Translations under genes and position numbers: made by a program
The notes under the pieces: generated by a model
Seen by the model: only the letters and a program-made list of their open reading frames with translations
What the model was told of the DNA's origin: nothing
Database searches by the model: none
Shown: piece by piece, positions 8,034-16,347 of the stretch
How positions within the stretch are numbered: position 1 is the first letter of the stretch
Layout: every line of letters starts with the position of its first letter
Assembly: GCA_029862165.1 (NCBI GenBank)
Contig: JAOTXU010000017.1
Coordinates: 2,914 to 66,913, forward strand
Length of the DNA stretch: 64,000 nucleotides
DNA from: Gammaproteobacteria bacterium
GTDB lineage: Bacteria; Pseudomonadota; Gammaproteobacteria; Steroidobacterales; JABDKV01
Reading direction: 5' to 3'

Positions 8034-8477
8034 ATGAAGATTCGACACCTTGTTGCTTTGTGTTATCTCTTTGGCGCGACCGCGCAGGCGGAAGAAATGG
8101 ACGTCTACGTGTGGGACCCGGGCTGCAATCACACGACTGCCACCAATTGGTTCACGGTGCCAGCGTCGGAAGGGACACAATCAATCCTTGTTGACCTTAG
8201 CGGCTGCACTGAGGAACAGATCGGTAGGTTGTTGTTTTTCGGTAACTACGCAACGAAAACGAGCGGCCGGCAACTGTCGTCCAAGCATAAAGTGCGCCTG
8301 CACTTATCTGCTCTCGATAGCTTCGGCAATGTAATAACGCAAATGACGTCAGATTCCGGATCGATACTCGCCGACGTGGCGCACCTGAATTCCCCGGCCT
8401 GCTTGCTCGTGGCCGAGAATATGAATCGTAAGAAAGATGTGAAGATTCGTTTGCGCGCGCAGCTAATAGCTCCTTGA
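8034..8477 (+). CDS. Small secreted protein of unknown function (147 aa)
   Basis: It has a good SD (AAGGAAA) and a signal peptide MKIRHLVALCYLFGATAQA|EE. The mature part is ~128 aa with three Cys. I recognised no family. A strong hairpin follows the gene. Confidence 0.7.
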   Translation: MKIRHLVALCYLFGATAQAEEMDVYVWDPGCNHTTATNWFTVPASEGTQSILVDLSGCTEEQIGRLLFFGNYATKTSGRQLSSKHKVRLHLSALDSFGNVITQMTSDSGSILADVAHLNSPACLLVAENMNRKKDVKIRLRAQLIAP

Positions 8478-8488
8478 AAAGGCAATGG

Positions 8489-8515
8489 GTAGCCCGCCAC
8501 TATGTGGCGGGCTAC
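8489..8515. terminator. Strong hairpin between the convergent genes 8034..8477 (+) and kmo (-)
   Basis: A 12-bp stem (GTAGCCCGCCAC / GTGGCGGGCTAC) has a 3-nt loop. The U-tract is poor on the plus strand, and CCTTTTC follows on the minus strand. Terminator function is plausible but not certain. Confidence 0.5.
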
Positions 8516-8660
8516 TATAAGTAGGTAGTGGATAGGCAAAAATTCCCTACCGAAAGTAAGTCACAGGCCGGGGCGCGTGTTCGCCGGCGCGAGGCTTGCC
8601 GCCGGCGTCTGCGGACGTGTGATGAACAGCGCTACGGTATGACCTTTGTCCGGACAGACT

Positions 8661-10016
8661 CTACAGTTGTTCTGTTATGAGTTTTTCGGCTAACGCATAG
8701 TCAACAATATCCAGCGTTTCGCTGCTACCGAGCAGTTGTTCGAGTATTTCTTGTTGGATGCTGCCGCGTCGCTGTGCCTCGGCATAGGGCACGTGATGAA
8801 ACATGATGAGCGAATAACGTGGGACAAAAGTATCCGGGAAGCGTCGCTCCAACTCCCACGCCAGTTCTTTTTTCAGGTGAAACCGCGGGTCGCGTACGCT
8901 GTCACGCATTTCGACATAGTTCTCCAGGGCCATAGCCGCGATCGCGTCAGTGTTGGGTTTCCGGTGCGATTCAAACTCGGCAAATACCCGTTCCCACCCT
9001 CTGGGACCGGGCGTGGCCTTGTCCGCGATACAGCGATCAAGTTGAAAACAATCCTCGAACGCGCAATTCATGCCCTGGCCGTGAAACGGAACGACACTGT
9101 GCGCCGCGTCGCCCACCAATAGAAATTTTCCACCGACACGCCAGGGCTGGCAGTACACCGTTACCATCGCACCGGTTGGATTGGCGAAAAACTGTTCCGC
9201 CAGGTCTGGTATCAGTGCCAGAGCGTCGGGAAACTGTTGCTGGAAAAACTCATTGATCGCGGAAGCGGTAGACAACGATTCAAAACTGAGATCACCGGCG
9301 CGCGGCAAAAATAAAGTAACTGTAAAGCTGCCATCGAGGTTTGGCAGCGCGATCAGCATGTAGTCGCCACGTGGCCAGATGTGCAAGGCGTTCGCATCGA
9401 TTCGATGCTCGTTGTCTGCGGTGACCGGTATGCTTAGCTCCTTATATGCGTGGTCGAGATAGTCTTCCCGTGCATGATAGCCGGGCAATTTCGACATCTG
9501 CCGGCGAACGATCGAACCGGCGCCGTCTGCAGCAATGACAGGTGTCTGCTCGAGTACAAATTGACGGCCTGTGTCTTCTTCGCGGATACGTACGTCACCG
9601 GAACGCATATCTGCCGCCATGACGCGCCGTTGAAAATGAAATTCCACGCCATATTGGTGCTCGGCGGTGTTGAGCAGTAATTCATTCAAACCGCTACGGG
9701 ACACCGAATAGATGACTTCTTCGTCGTTCTTGCCGTAAGGCTGAAAACCCAGCTCGCCGGACGGGTCATGCAGCATGCGCCCGCGCATCGTAATCAGTAA
9801 CTCGCTTACCGATTTGTACAAGCCCACTTCACGCAACGCGTGTATGCCGCGGTTTGCCAGTGCGAGATTGATGGAACGCCCGGCCGGGATCTCGGTGCTG
9901 CGCAAGTCAGGGCGGCTTTCGTAGACTTCTACCGGGTAGCCGCGCCGCGCCAGGTAAATCGCCAATAACGATCCGGCGAGCCCCGCACCCAATATAACGA
10001 TGCGTTCGTTGCTCAC
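8661..10016 (-). CDS. kmo: Kynurenine 3-monooxygenase (FAD-dependent)
   Basis: 451 aa. The FAD fingerprint IVILGAGLAGSLLAIYLARRGYPVEVYE is present, as is the class A flavoprotein monooxygenase motif LVGDAAH. It sits in a kynurenine-pathway operon, and its GTG start overlaps the kynU stop (GTGA). Confidence 0.85.
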   Translation of the reverse strand: MSNERIVILGAGLAGSLLAIYLARRGYPVEVYESRPDLRSTEIPAGRSINLALANRGIHALREVGLYKSVSELLITMRGRMLHDPSGELGFQPYGKNDEEVIYSVSRSGLNELLLNTAEHQYGVEFHFQRRVMAADMRSGDVRIREEDTGRQFVLEQTPVIAADGAGSIVRRQMSKLPGYHAREDYLDHAYKELSIPVTADNEHRIDANALHIWPRGDYMLIALPNLDGSFTVTLFLPRAGDLSFESLSTASAINEFFQQQFPDALALIPDLAEQFFANPTGAMVTVYCQPWRVGGKFLLVGDAAHSVVPFHGQGMNCAFEDCFQLDRCIADKATPGPRGWERVFAEFESHRKPNTDAIAAMALENYVEMRDSVRDPRFHLKKELAWELERRFPDTFVPRYSLIMFHHVPYAEAQRRGSIQQEILEQLLGSSETLDIVDYALAEKLITEQL

Positions 10017-11281
10017 GTCGCGAGCAGCTCCTGCATGACTTCAACGAAGCGATACACTTCGGTGTAGCGGTTATACAGTGGCACCGGCGCAACACGAATT
10101 ACATCGGGTTCGCGCCAGTCGCAGATTACGCCACGGATACCGAGTCGCTTCTGCACCTCGCGCCCGAGTTCCGGCCGCCGTAGCCGCAACGACAACTGGC
10201 TGGCGCGTGCGTGCTGCGGCGTAATTATCTGGATGTGCTCATCGAGTTTCTTATCGACCAACCAAGCGAGATACGAGGTAAGTTTTGTTGATTTGTCTCG
10301 TAACGCGGGGATGCCTACGCGATCGAAAATGTCCAGCGAGGCAAGTACTGGCGCCAGTGACAGAATGGGCGGATTACTAAGCTGCCAACCCTCGGCACCC
10401 GGGATCGGAATGAATTCCGGGCCCATGCGAAAACGAGAACTCTTGTCGTGCCCCCACCAGCCGGCAAGGCGGGAGAGGCTGTCGTCCTCAGCATAACGTT
10501 TATTGATATAGCAACCGCCGATCGCGCCGGGGCCGGAATTCATGTATTTGTACGTGCACCAGGCAGCAAAATCCACATCCCAATCGTGCAATTGCAGTGG
10601 AATGTTGCCGATTGCGTGTGCCAGGTCAAAACCAACCATGCAGCCCTTGTTGTGACCCAAACGGGTAATCTCGGCCATATCCAGGACCTGGCCGCTGTAA
10701 TATTGCACACCCGGCAAAAGTATCAGGGCAATCTCATCGCCGTGTTTGTCGATCGTGTCACTAATATTTTGCTCCGCCAGGAAAAACTCGGATTCTCTTG
10801 GGGCGATTTCGATCAGGTTTTCTGCCGGATCCAGACCGTGGAATTTCAGTTGCGAAACAACAGCGTAGCGATCGGAAGGAAAGGCGGGCTTTTCGATTAG
10901 AATTTTTTTTCGTTTGCCGGACGGTCGGAAAAAACTGACCATCATCAAGTGCAGATTGACCGTAAGTGTATTCATGCACACGACTTCGATGTCTTTTGCA
11001 CCGACCAAACGGGCAGAAGCCGCTGTTGCCAGCTCGTGATAGGGCATCCATGGACGACGGCCAAAAAAATGCCCCTCTACCGCGTAACGCTGCCAGTCAT
11101 CGAGTTCCTCGTCGACATAGCGGCGTGCGCTCTTTGGCTGCAACCCCAGCGAATTGCCGGCCAGATATAACTGCGAACGGCCGCGCTTGTCCGGCGGGAT
11201 GTGGAATAGTTTGCGGTATTCGCTTAGTGGATCGAGCCGATCTTCTTCCAGGGCATAAGCCGTGTCGTCCTGAAAAGTCAT
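10013..11281 (-). CDS. kynU: Kynureninase (PLP-dependent)
   Basis: 422 aa. Kynureninase-like strings include YLAGNSLGLQPK, DFAAWCTYKYMNSGPGAIGG, the PLP-lysine region and WWGH. The ATG overlaps the upstream stop (ATGA). Confidence 0.9.
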   Translation of the reverse strand: MTFQDDTAYALEEDRLDPLSEYRKLFHIPPDKRGRSQLYLAGNSLGLQPKSARRYVDEELDDWQRYAVEGHFFGRRPWMPYHELATAASARLVGAKDIEVVCMNTLTVNLHLMMVSFFRPSGKRKKILIEKPAFPSDRYAVVSQLKFHGLDPAENLIEIAPRESEFFLAEQNISDTIDKHGDEIALILLPGVQYYSGQVLDMAEITRLGHNKGCMVGFDLAHAIGNIPLQLHDWDVDFAAWCTYKYMNSGPGAIGGCYINKRYAEDDSLSRLAGWWGHDKSSRFRMGPEFIPIPGAEGWQLSNPPILSLAPVLASLDIFDRVGIPALRDKSTKLTSYLAWLVDKKLDEHIQIITPQHARASQLSLRLRRPELGREVQKRLGIRGVICDWREPDVIRVAPVPLYNRYTEVYRFVEVMQELLAT

Positions 11282-12090
11282 GCTGCAATCCGGTACAACA
11301 GCGGCCGGCTCGGTGCGGCATCGCTGACAAACGGTGCGATCTGCAGGGCCAGCAAATGTAAGCCGTCATCGATTCGGTCCGGCACGTAAATCATCTCAGT
11401 TATCGTTGCATGGGCACGGGTGGCATCGTGTACCGACCGACTCCCGCTGGCCAGACCCCAGAATATTCGATGAGCATCCAGATGTGCATCATCGAGTCGG
11501 TCTACCGAAGGGGTGTCTACGAGCAAGTGGCGTACATTTCTCTCGACTATCCAGCGCATCGCTTCAACGCTGAAATACGGTGTTTGATCGATCGGCCATT
11601 CGCGCCGGGTTTTTTCTTTATCATTAGGTAAGGTGCGTATGATCAGCGCGTCAACGGCGCTCAGGTCAGCGTCTGTCAAGGCTTTGTGCAAAGCGTCTTG
11701 AGTGATGAGACGGTCTTTCTTGCTCGGTTTCTGCCAATCCTGTTCATGAACTTCACCGGCCGGTGCGGTTGCGATGGTTACGACTTGCGCCAGATAGAGT
11801 GCCCGCATTGCCATGTCATTGACGGCGATTCGCTCGTTGGTGATGTGTCCGATACATTCGGTATGAGTACCATTGCAGTGTGGGATCAGGTCCAGGTGTT
11901 CGGCGTTGCAACTGCCACCAAGCCGTGTATCCCCGATAAAATCGCCGGCATGCATCGGCCGCGCCGTTGCAGCGTCGGCGCCAAAAAAGCCGGGTTGCGG
12001 ACCATCGAAACGCAGCGGGATGGAAATATCGACCGGGTCACCGGTGGCCACGTATTCCCGATCACCGCTTTGCAGCACCAGACGACTCAC
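11278..12090 (-). CDS. Cyclase-family protein, candidate kynurenine formamidase with a divergent motif
   Basis: It carries HCNGTHTECIGH where the cyclase/KynB family has HxGTHxDxPxH. Its position is between ACMSD and kynU. I place the start at GTG 12090, which overlaps the ACMSD stop (GTGA). The ORF track extends the frame to TTG 12120. Confidence 0.6.
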   Translation of the reverse strand: MSRLVLQSGDREYVATGDPVDISIPLRFDGPQPGFFGADAATARPMHAGDFIGDTRLGGSCNAEHLDLIPHCNGTHTECIGHITNERIAVNDMAMRALYLAQVVTIATAPAGEVHEQDWQKPSKKDRLITQDALHKALTDADLSAVDALIIRTLPNDKEKTRREWPIDQTPYFSVEAMRWIVERNVRHLLVDTPSVDRLDDAHLDAHRIFWGLASGSRSVHDATRAHATITEMIYVPDRIDDGLHLLALQIAPFVSDAAPSRPLLYRIAA

Positions 12091-13112
12091 AGGAATTGCT
12101 CCGCTTCCAGCCCTAGCCAACGTAGTGCCGTTCCGTGTAGGAGTAACGCACGCGTGTCTTTGCTCATTGCCATCGATTCAATCATCTCGCCGGGCACGTG
12201 CTCGCCCAGCGGAAACGGATAATCACTACCCAGGGCAATATTGTCTGCGCCCATGAGCTTGATCATGTAGTTCAACACATGGGGTTCGTGTACCAGTGAA
12301 TCGACAATAAATCGCCCGAGATATTCGCGCGGATTTGTCGTGTTGTTAACGGCGACCAGGTCCGGTCGCACCTTGAACCCGTGTTCAATACGTCCGATGC
12401 TTGCCGGAAATGCTCCGCCACCGTGGGCAAAAGCGATTCGCAACTTGGGCAGTCGTTCAAATACGCCGCCAAAAATCATGGAGCAGATCGACAGTGAGGT
12501 TTCGGCTGGCATGCCCACTAGCCATGGCAGCCAGTACCTGCTCATCCGGTCCCGCCCGAGCATTTCCCACGGGTGTACAAATATTGCGGCCCCCATTTGT
12601 TCGGCCGCCTCGAAAATAGGAAAGACTTGCGGGTCGTCCAGGTTCCAGCCGTTGACGTGGGAGCCTATTTCTATGCCGGCCAGACCCAGTTCGTTCACAC
12701 AGCGCTCCATCTCACCTATTGCCATGTCCGCCGACTGCATCGGTACTGTTCCCAGGCCGACAAAACGAGTTGGATGCTCGTTAACCAGCGACGCGATATG
12801 GTCGTTTAACAAGCGTGACAGGTCCAGTGTATCTTCGGGGCGCGCCCAGTACGAAAACATGATGGGTACAGTTGATAGAACCTGGACATTGACACCGGTC
12901 TTGTCGCATTCGGTGATACGGGTATCCGGGCACCAACAGTTTGCTTCAATTTCGCGGAAAAATTTGCCGTCACTCAGTAGATTGGCGCAGCCGGGGCCCT
13001 TGTGTTCGAGCGCGACGAAACCGCCGTAACCATAGCGTTCTTTCAGATCCGGCCAATTTTCGGGCAGGACATGGGTATGGATGTCTATTTTTAGCATCCC
13101 CTGTCCGGGCAT
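12087..13112 (-). CDS. 2-amino-3-carboxymuconate-6-semialdehyde decarboxylase (amidohydrolase_2 family)
   Basis: MLKIDIHTHVLPENWPDLKERYGYGGFV closely resembles the eukaryotic and bacterial ACMSD/NbaD N-terminus, including the HxH metal site. The alternative start at ATG 13097 (MLKIDIH) fits homologues better than 13112. Confidence 0.88.
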   Translation of the reverse strand: MPGQGMLKIDIHTHVLPENWPDLKERYGYGGFVALEHKGPGCANLLSDGKFFREIEANCWCPDTRITECDKTGVNVQVLSTVPIMFSYWARPEDTLDLSRLLNDHIASLVNEHPTRFVGLGTVPMQSADMAIGEMERCVNELGLAGIEIGSHVNGWNLDDPQVFPIFEAAEQMGAAIFVHPWEMLGRDRMSRYWLPWLVGMPAETSLSICSMIFGGVFERLPKLRIAFAHGGGAFPASIGRIEHGFKVRPDLVAVNNTTNPREYLGRFIVDSLVHEPHVLNYMIKLMGADNIALGSDYPFPLGEHVPGEMIESMAMSKDTRALLLHGTALRWLGLEAEQFL

Positions 13113-13115
13113 GAT

Positions 13116-14087
13116 TCAGGCGCTCTCGGGTCGATCCATGATGTCACCACAACGTTGGCAAGTGCGGTGCTCGGTGCTGGAAAAAAAACGGTCAAAGATA
13201 GGTGGCAGTTGGCTCACGATATCAACCAGGTCGAGGTACTCCTCGTATAATTTTTCATGACAGTTCTCGCAGTACCACATGAAACCGTCTTTCTCTCCGG
13301 GCCGTCTGGTACGTTCTATTACCAGACCGATCGTATCCGCAAAGCGCTGCGGCGAATGCGGTAAACGTGGAGGCAGCAGAAAAATCTCGCCTTCTTTGAT
13401 CGGTATGTCTACGGGACGACCGTCCTGCATCGTTTTTAGCAGCATATCGCCTTCGAGCTGGTAGAAAAATTCTTCGCCTTCATCATAATGATAGTCCTTG
13501 CGGGAGTTTGGTCCACCGACCACCATGACGATGAATTCCGTGTTCAGATACACCTGCTGGTTGCAAACGGGTGGCTTGAGCAAGTGGCGGTTTTCGTCTA
13601 TCCAGGCATTGAGATTGAACGGCAACTTCAGGGCATTCATTGTGGTTCCTTTTTTCTGCGTCACGTCTGCACGATTCAACGTGGCGACGCACTTCAGTTC
13701 AATTGCAATGGGCGTTGGGAGACAAGAGACCTGCACGGTTGTTCGGCAAGGCTGATTAACGCCAAAATATTCGGCGTAGAGCCGATTGTAGACTTCGAAA
13801 TCGCGGTCGATGTCAGTCAGAAAAACCGTAACGTCGACCAGTCGGTCCCAACCGGAGCCAGATGCCTCCAGTACGCTTTTCACATTGGCGAATACCGAAT
13901 GACACTGTGCCGCCATGTCGTAGCTTGCGACGTTGCCCGCGTCATCAAGTACCACTCCAGGGATGGCTTCACCATCGACTGAGCGCGGGCCGATTCCGGA
14001 CAGGAACAGCAAGTCGCCCACTCGACGTGCATGCGGGTAGGCGCCGACTGGTGGTGGAGCCTGGGCAGTTCGAATGATGTCAGTCAT
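13116..14087 (-). CDS. In-frame fusion of a RidA/YjgF-family domain (2-aminomuconate deaminase-like) and 3-hydroxyanthranilate 3,4-dioxygenase
   Basis: - The N-terminal ~150 aa are RidA-like (MTDIIRTAQAPPPVGAYPHARRVGDLLFLSGIG..TTVQVSCLP..IELKCVA).
- The C-terminal 174 aa are a cupin HAAO (..MVVGGPNSRKDYHYDEGEEFFYQLEGDM..LLPPRLPHSPQR..) with the two CxxC pairs of the rubredoxin-like site.
- No stop codon separates the two parts.
- I chose the start at ATG 14087, which overlaps the end of the upstream gene by 8 nt. Confidence 0.8.
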   Translation of the reverse strand: MTDIIRTAQAPPPVGAYPHARRVGDLLFLSGIGPRSVDGEAIPGVVLDDAGNVASYDMAAQCHSVFANVKSVLEASGSGWDRLVDVTVFLTDIDRDFEVYNRLYAEYFGVNQPCRTTVQVSCLPTPIAIELKCVATLNRADVTQKKGTTMNALKLPFNLNAWIDENRHLLKPPVCNQQVYLNTEFIVMVVGGPNSRKDYHYDEGEEFFYQLEGDMLLKTMQDGRPVDIPIKEGEIFLLPPRLPHSPQRFADTIGLVIERTRRPGEKDGFMWYCENCHEKLYEEYLDLVDIVSQLPPIFDRFFSSTEHRTCQRCGDIMDRPESA

Positions 14088-15528
14088 ATCGCACACACAC
14101 GTTTTTGGGTTCGGTAAAAAACCGCATGGATTCAAAGCCACCCTCGCGGCCCATGCCGGATTGTTTCATACCACCCATGGGCGTACGCAGATCACGCATC
14201 ATCCATGTATTGACCCATACCAGGCCGGCCTCGATTCGTCGCGCCACTCGCAGACACCGGGTCACGTCACTGCCCCAGATTGACGCGGCCAGACCATAAG
14301 TGCTCTGGTTACTCAGTGCGATTGCTTCGTCTTCATCGTCGAAGGGCATTATCGTTACGACAGGACCAAAAATCTCTTCCTGGTTGGTGCGACACTGGGC
14401 AGGCAAACCTTCAATGACAGTGGGCGCGACAAACCAACCCTCGGCACAACGCCCCGGCAGGTTGACCGGCGTGCCCCCACACAACACTTCACCGCCTTCG
14501 TCCTGCGCGAGCTGGATACAATCCAACACTTTGTCACGGTGGGCTGCCGAGATAAGGGCGCCCTGGTCGCTACCGTTCACCAGCGGGTCGCCGACGACCA
14601 GTTGTTTGGCACGGGCGACAAAGTCTTCGCGAAAACGCTCGTAAACCTCGTTTTGCACCAGGATACGCGAACCGCACAGACAGACTTCGCCCTGGTTGGT
14701 AAAAGCCGCCCGTAGGGTCTGGTCCAGGGTGCGATCCCAGTCACAATCGGCAAAGACGACCGTCGGATTCTTGCCACCCATTTCGAGCGAGAGTTTCTTG
14801 AATCGACCCGCCGTGCTCTTGGCAATTTGTTTGCCGGTGCTGGTGCCGCCCGTGAAGGAGATAGCGGCAATTTCGGTTTGGTCGACCAGCGCCTGCCCGA
14901 CGCCGGCACCGCGTCCGTGTACGATGTTCAAGACGCCGGGCGGCACATTGGCCCGACTCAACAAACGGCTAAACAGGTAGGCCGTCATGGGTGTAAGTTC
15001 CGAGGGTTTTGCAATTACTGTGTTACCGGCAGCTAGGGCCGGGGCGATTTTCCATGACAACAGATACAACGGCAGATTCCACGGCGAGATACACGCAACG
15101 ACACCCAACGGTTCGCGTAGTGTGTAGTTGATTGCGTCCTGTCCCATCGCATGTGATTCACTTGCGAAATGCTCGGCAGCACCAGCGTAGAAACGCAGGT
15201 TTGCAGCGACACGCGGTATGTCGACCGATTCGGCAAGTCGCAGCGGCTTGCCGGTGTCGACAGATTCTGCCTGCGCAAACTCGGCAGCACGTTCTTCCAC
15301 CAGATTCGCAAGCCGGTTCAAGACACGACCGCGTTCTGCCGCCGACGTTGCGGCCCAGGGATCGAATGCGGATTGTGCAGCAGACATGGCTTTTTTCAGG
15401 TCGTCGGCAGACGAGTCCGGCGCACGTGCGTAGGCCTGTCCGGTAGCCGGTTCGAATACGTCGAGCCAGCGATCTTCAGCCGGCGCTGCCACATCACCAT
15501 CGATGTAGTTGTAGATTTTTTCCATCAC
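14080..15528 (-). CDS. 2-aminomuconate-6-semialdehyde dehydrogenase (NAD+ aldehyde dehydrogenase family)
   Basis: 482 aa. ALDH motifs are present (ELGGKNP-like LEMGGKNP, catalytic-Cys region FTNQGEVCLCGSR, EEIFGPV). The operon context with ACMSD and HAAO supports the specific assignment. Confidence 0.8.
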   Translation of the reverse strand: MMEKIYNYIDGDVAAPAEDRWLDVFEPATGQAYARAPDSSADDLKKAMSAAQSAFDPWAATSAAERGRVLNRLANLVEERAAEFAQAESVDTGKPLRLAESVDIPRVAANLRFYAGAAEHFASESHAMGQDAINYTLREPLGVVACISPWNLPLYLLSWKIAPALAAGNTVIAKPSELTPMTAYLFSRLLSRANVPPGVLNIVHGRGAGVGQALVDQTEIAAISFTGGTSTGKQIAKSTAGRFKKLSLEMGGKNPTVVFADCDWDRTLDQTLRAAFTNQGEVCLCGSRILVQNEVYERFREDFVARAKQLVVGDPLVNGSDQGALISAAHRDKVLDCIQLAQDEGGEVLCGGTPVNLPGRCAEGWFVAPTVIEGLPAQCRTNQEEIFGPVVTIMPFDDEDEAIALSNQSTYGLAASIWGSDVTRCLRVARRIEAGLVWVNTWMMRDLRTPMGGMKQSGMGREGGFESMRFFTEPKNVCVRYD

Positions 15529-16308
15529 TCAGTACCCACGAGATCGGCCGCCGTCGACGGGCAGATTGACGCCATTGATATATGAGGCAGCCGGCGAAGC
15601 AAGAAATGCAATAGCTGCAGCGATTTCAGCCGGTTCAGCAAAACGCTGTAACGGTACTTCGGCCTGGCGCAGCGCCACGATTTCATCGAGTGTACGACCG
15701 GCGCGTTTTGCCTGGTGTCGAAAGATTTCGTCCAGGCGTTCCGTTGCGGTATAGCCGGGTAGCACATTATTGACTGTGATCCCGTGTGTCCCCAGTTCAC
15801 GCGATAGTGTTTTTGCCCAGGCCGCCACCGCGGCGCGGATTGTGTTGGACACACCCAGGCCGGGTATCGGTTCTTTAACAGACGTCGAAATGATATTGAT
15901 GATGCGTCCGTAACCGGATGTTTTCATACCGGGCAACACCGTCTGCATCAAGACCTGGTCTGCGATCAGATGCTGGCGAAAGGCCTCCGCGTACGCTTGT
16001 GGATCAGCATCATTGGCGGTTCCCGGCGCGGGGCCACCGGAATTGTTTATCAGAATTTGTACGTTATGCGCAGCGGTTTTTTCGCTCACGGCTAATTGTA
16101 GTTTCTCGGTGTCATTTACATCGGCCACAATAAAGTCGTGTTGCCGGTCTTTGACAACCGGCAGGTTTTGGATCACTTTTTGCAATGCTTCGGCATTGCG
16201 CGCCAGCAACGTAACCGCTACGCCGTCCCGGGCAAGCGCGGCGGCGGTCGCAGCACCAATACCGCGACTGGCGCCGCACACCAAGGCATGCCGGTTTTTC
16301 AGACTCAC
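15529..16308 (-). CDS. Short-chain dehydrogenase/reductase, substrate unknown; first gene of the kynurenine cluster
   Basis: 259 aa. It has the classical SDR motif TGxxxGIG (CGASRGIGAA), NNSG, and a YxxxK-region substitute. Its stop directly abuts the next start (TGA GTG ATG). Confidence 0.8.
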   Translation of the reverse strand: MSLKNRHALVCGASRGIGAATAAALARDGVAVTLLARNAEALQKVIQNLPVVKDRQHDFIVADVNDTEKLQLAVSEKTAAHNVQILINNSGGPAPGTANDADPQAYAEAFRQHLIADQVLMQTVLPGMKTSGYGRIINIISTSVKEPIPGLGVSNTIRAAVAAWAKTLSRELGTHGITVNNVLPGYTATERLDEIFRHQAKRAGRTLDEIVALRQAEVPLQRFAEPAEIAAAIAFLASPAASYINGVNLPVDGGRSRGY

Positions 16309-16347
16309 GATGTCGTCGCCTCTCCCGATCCCTGCTTGAGCCAGAGT

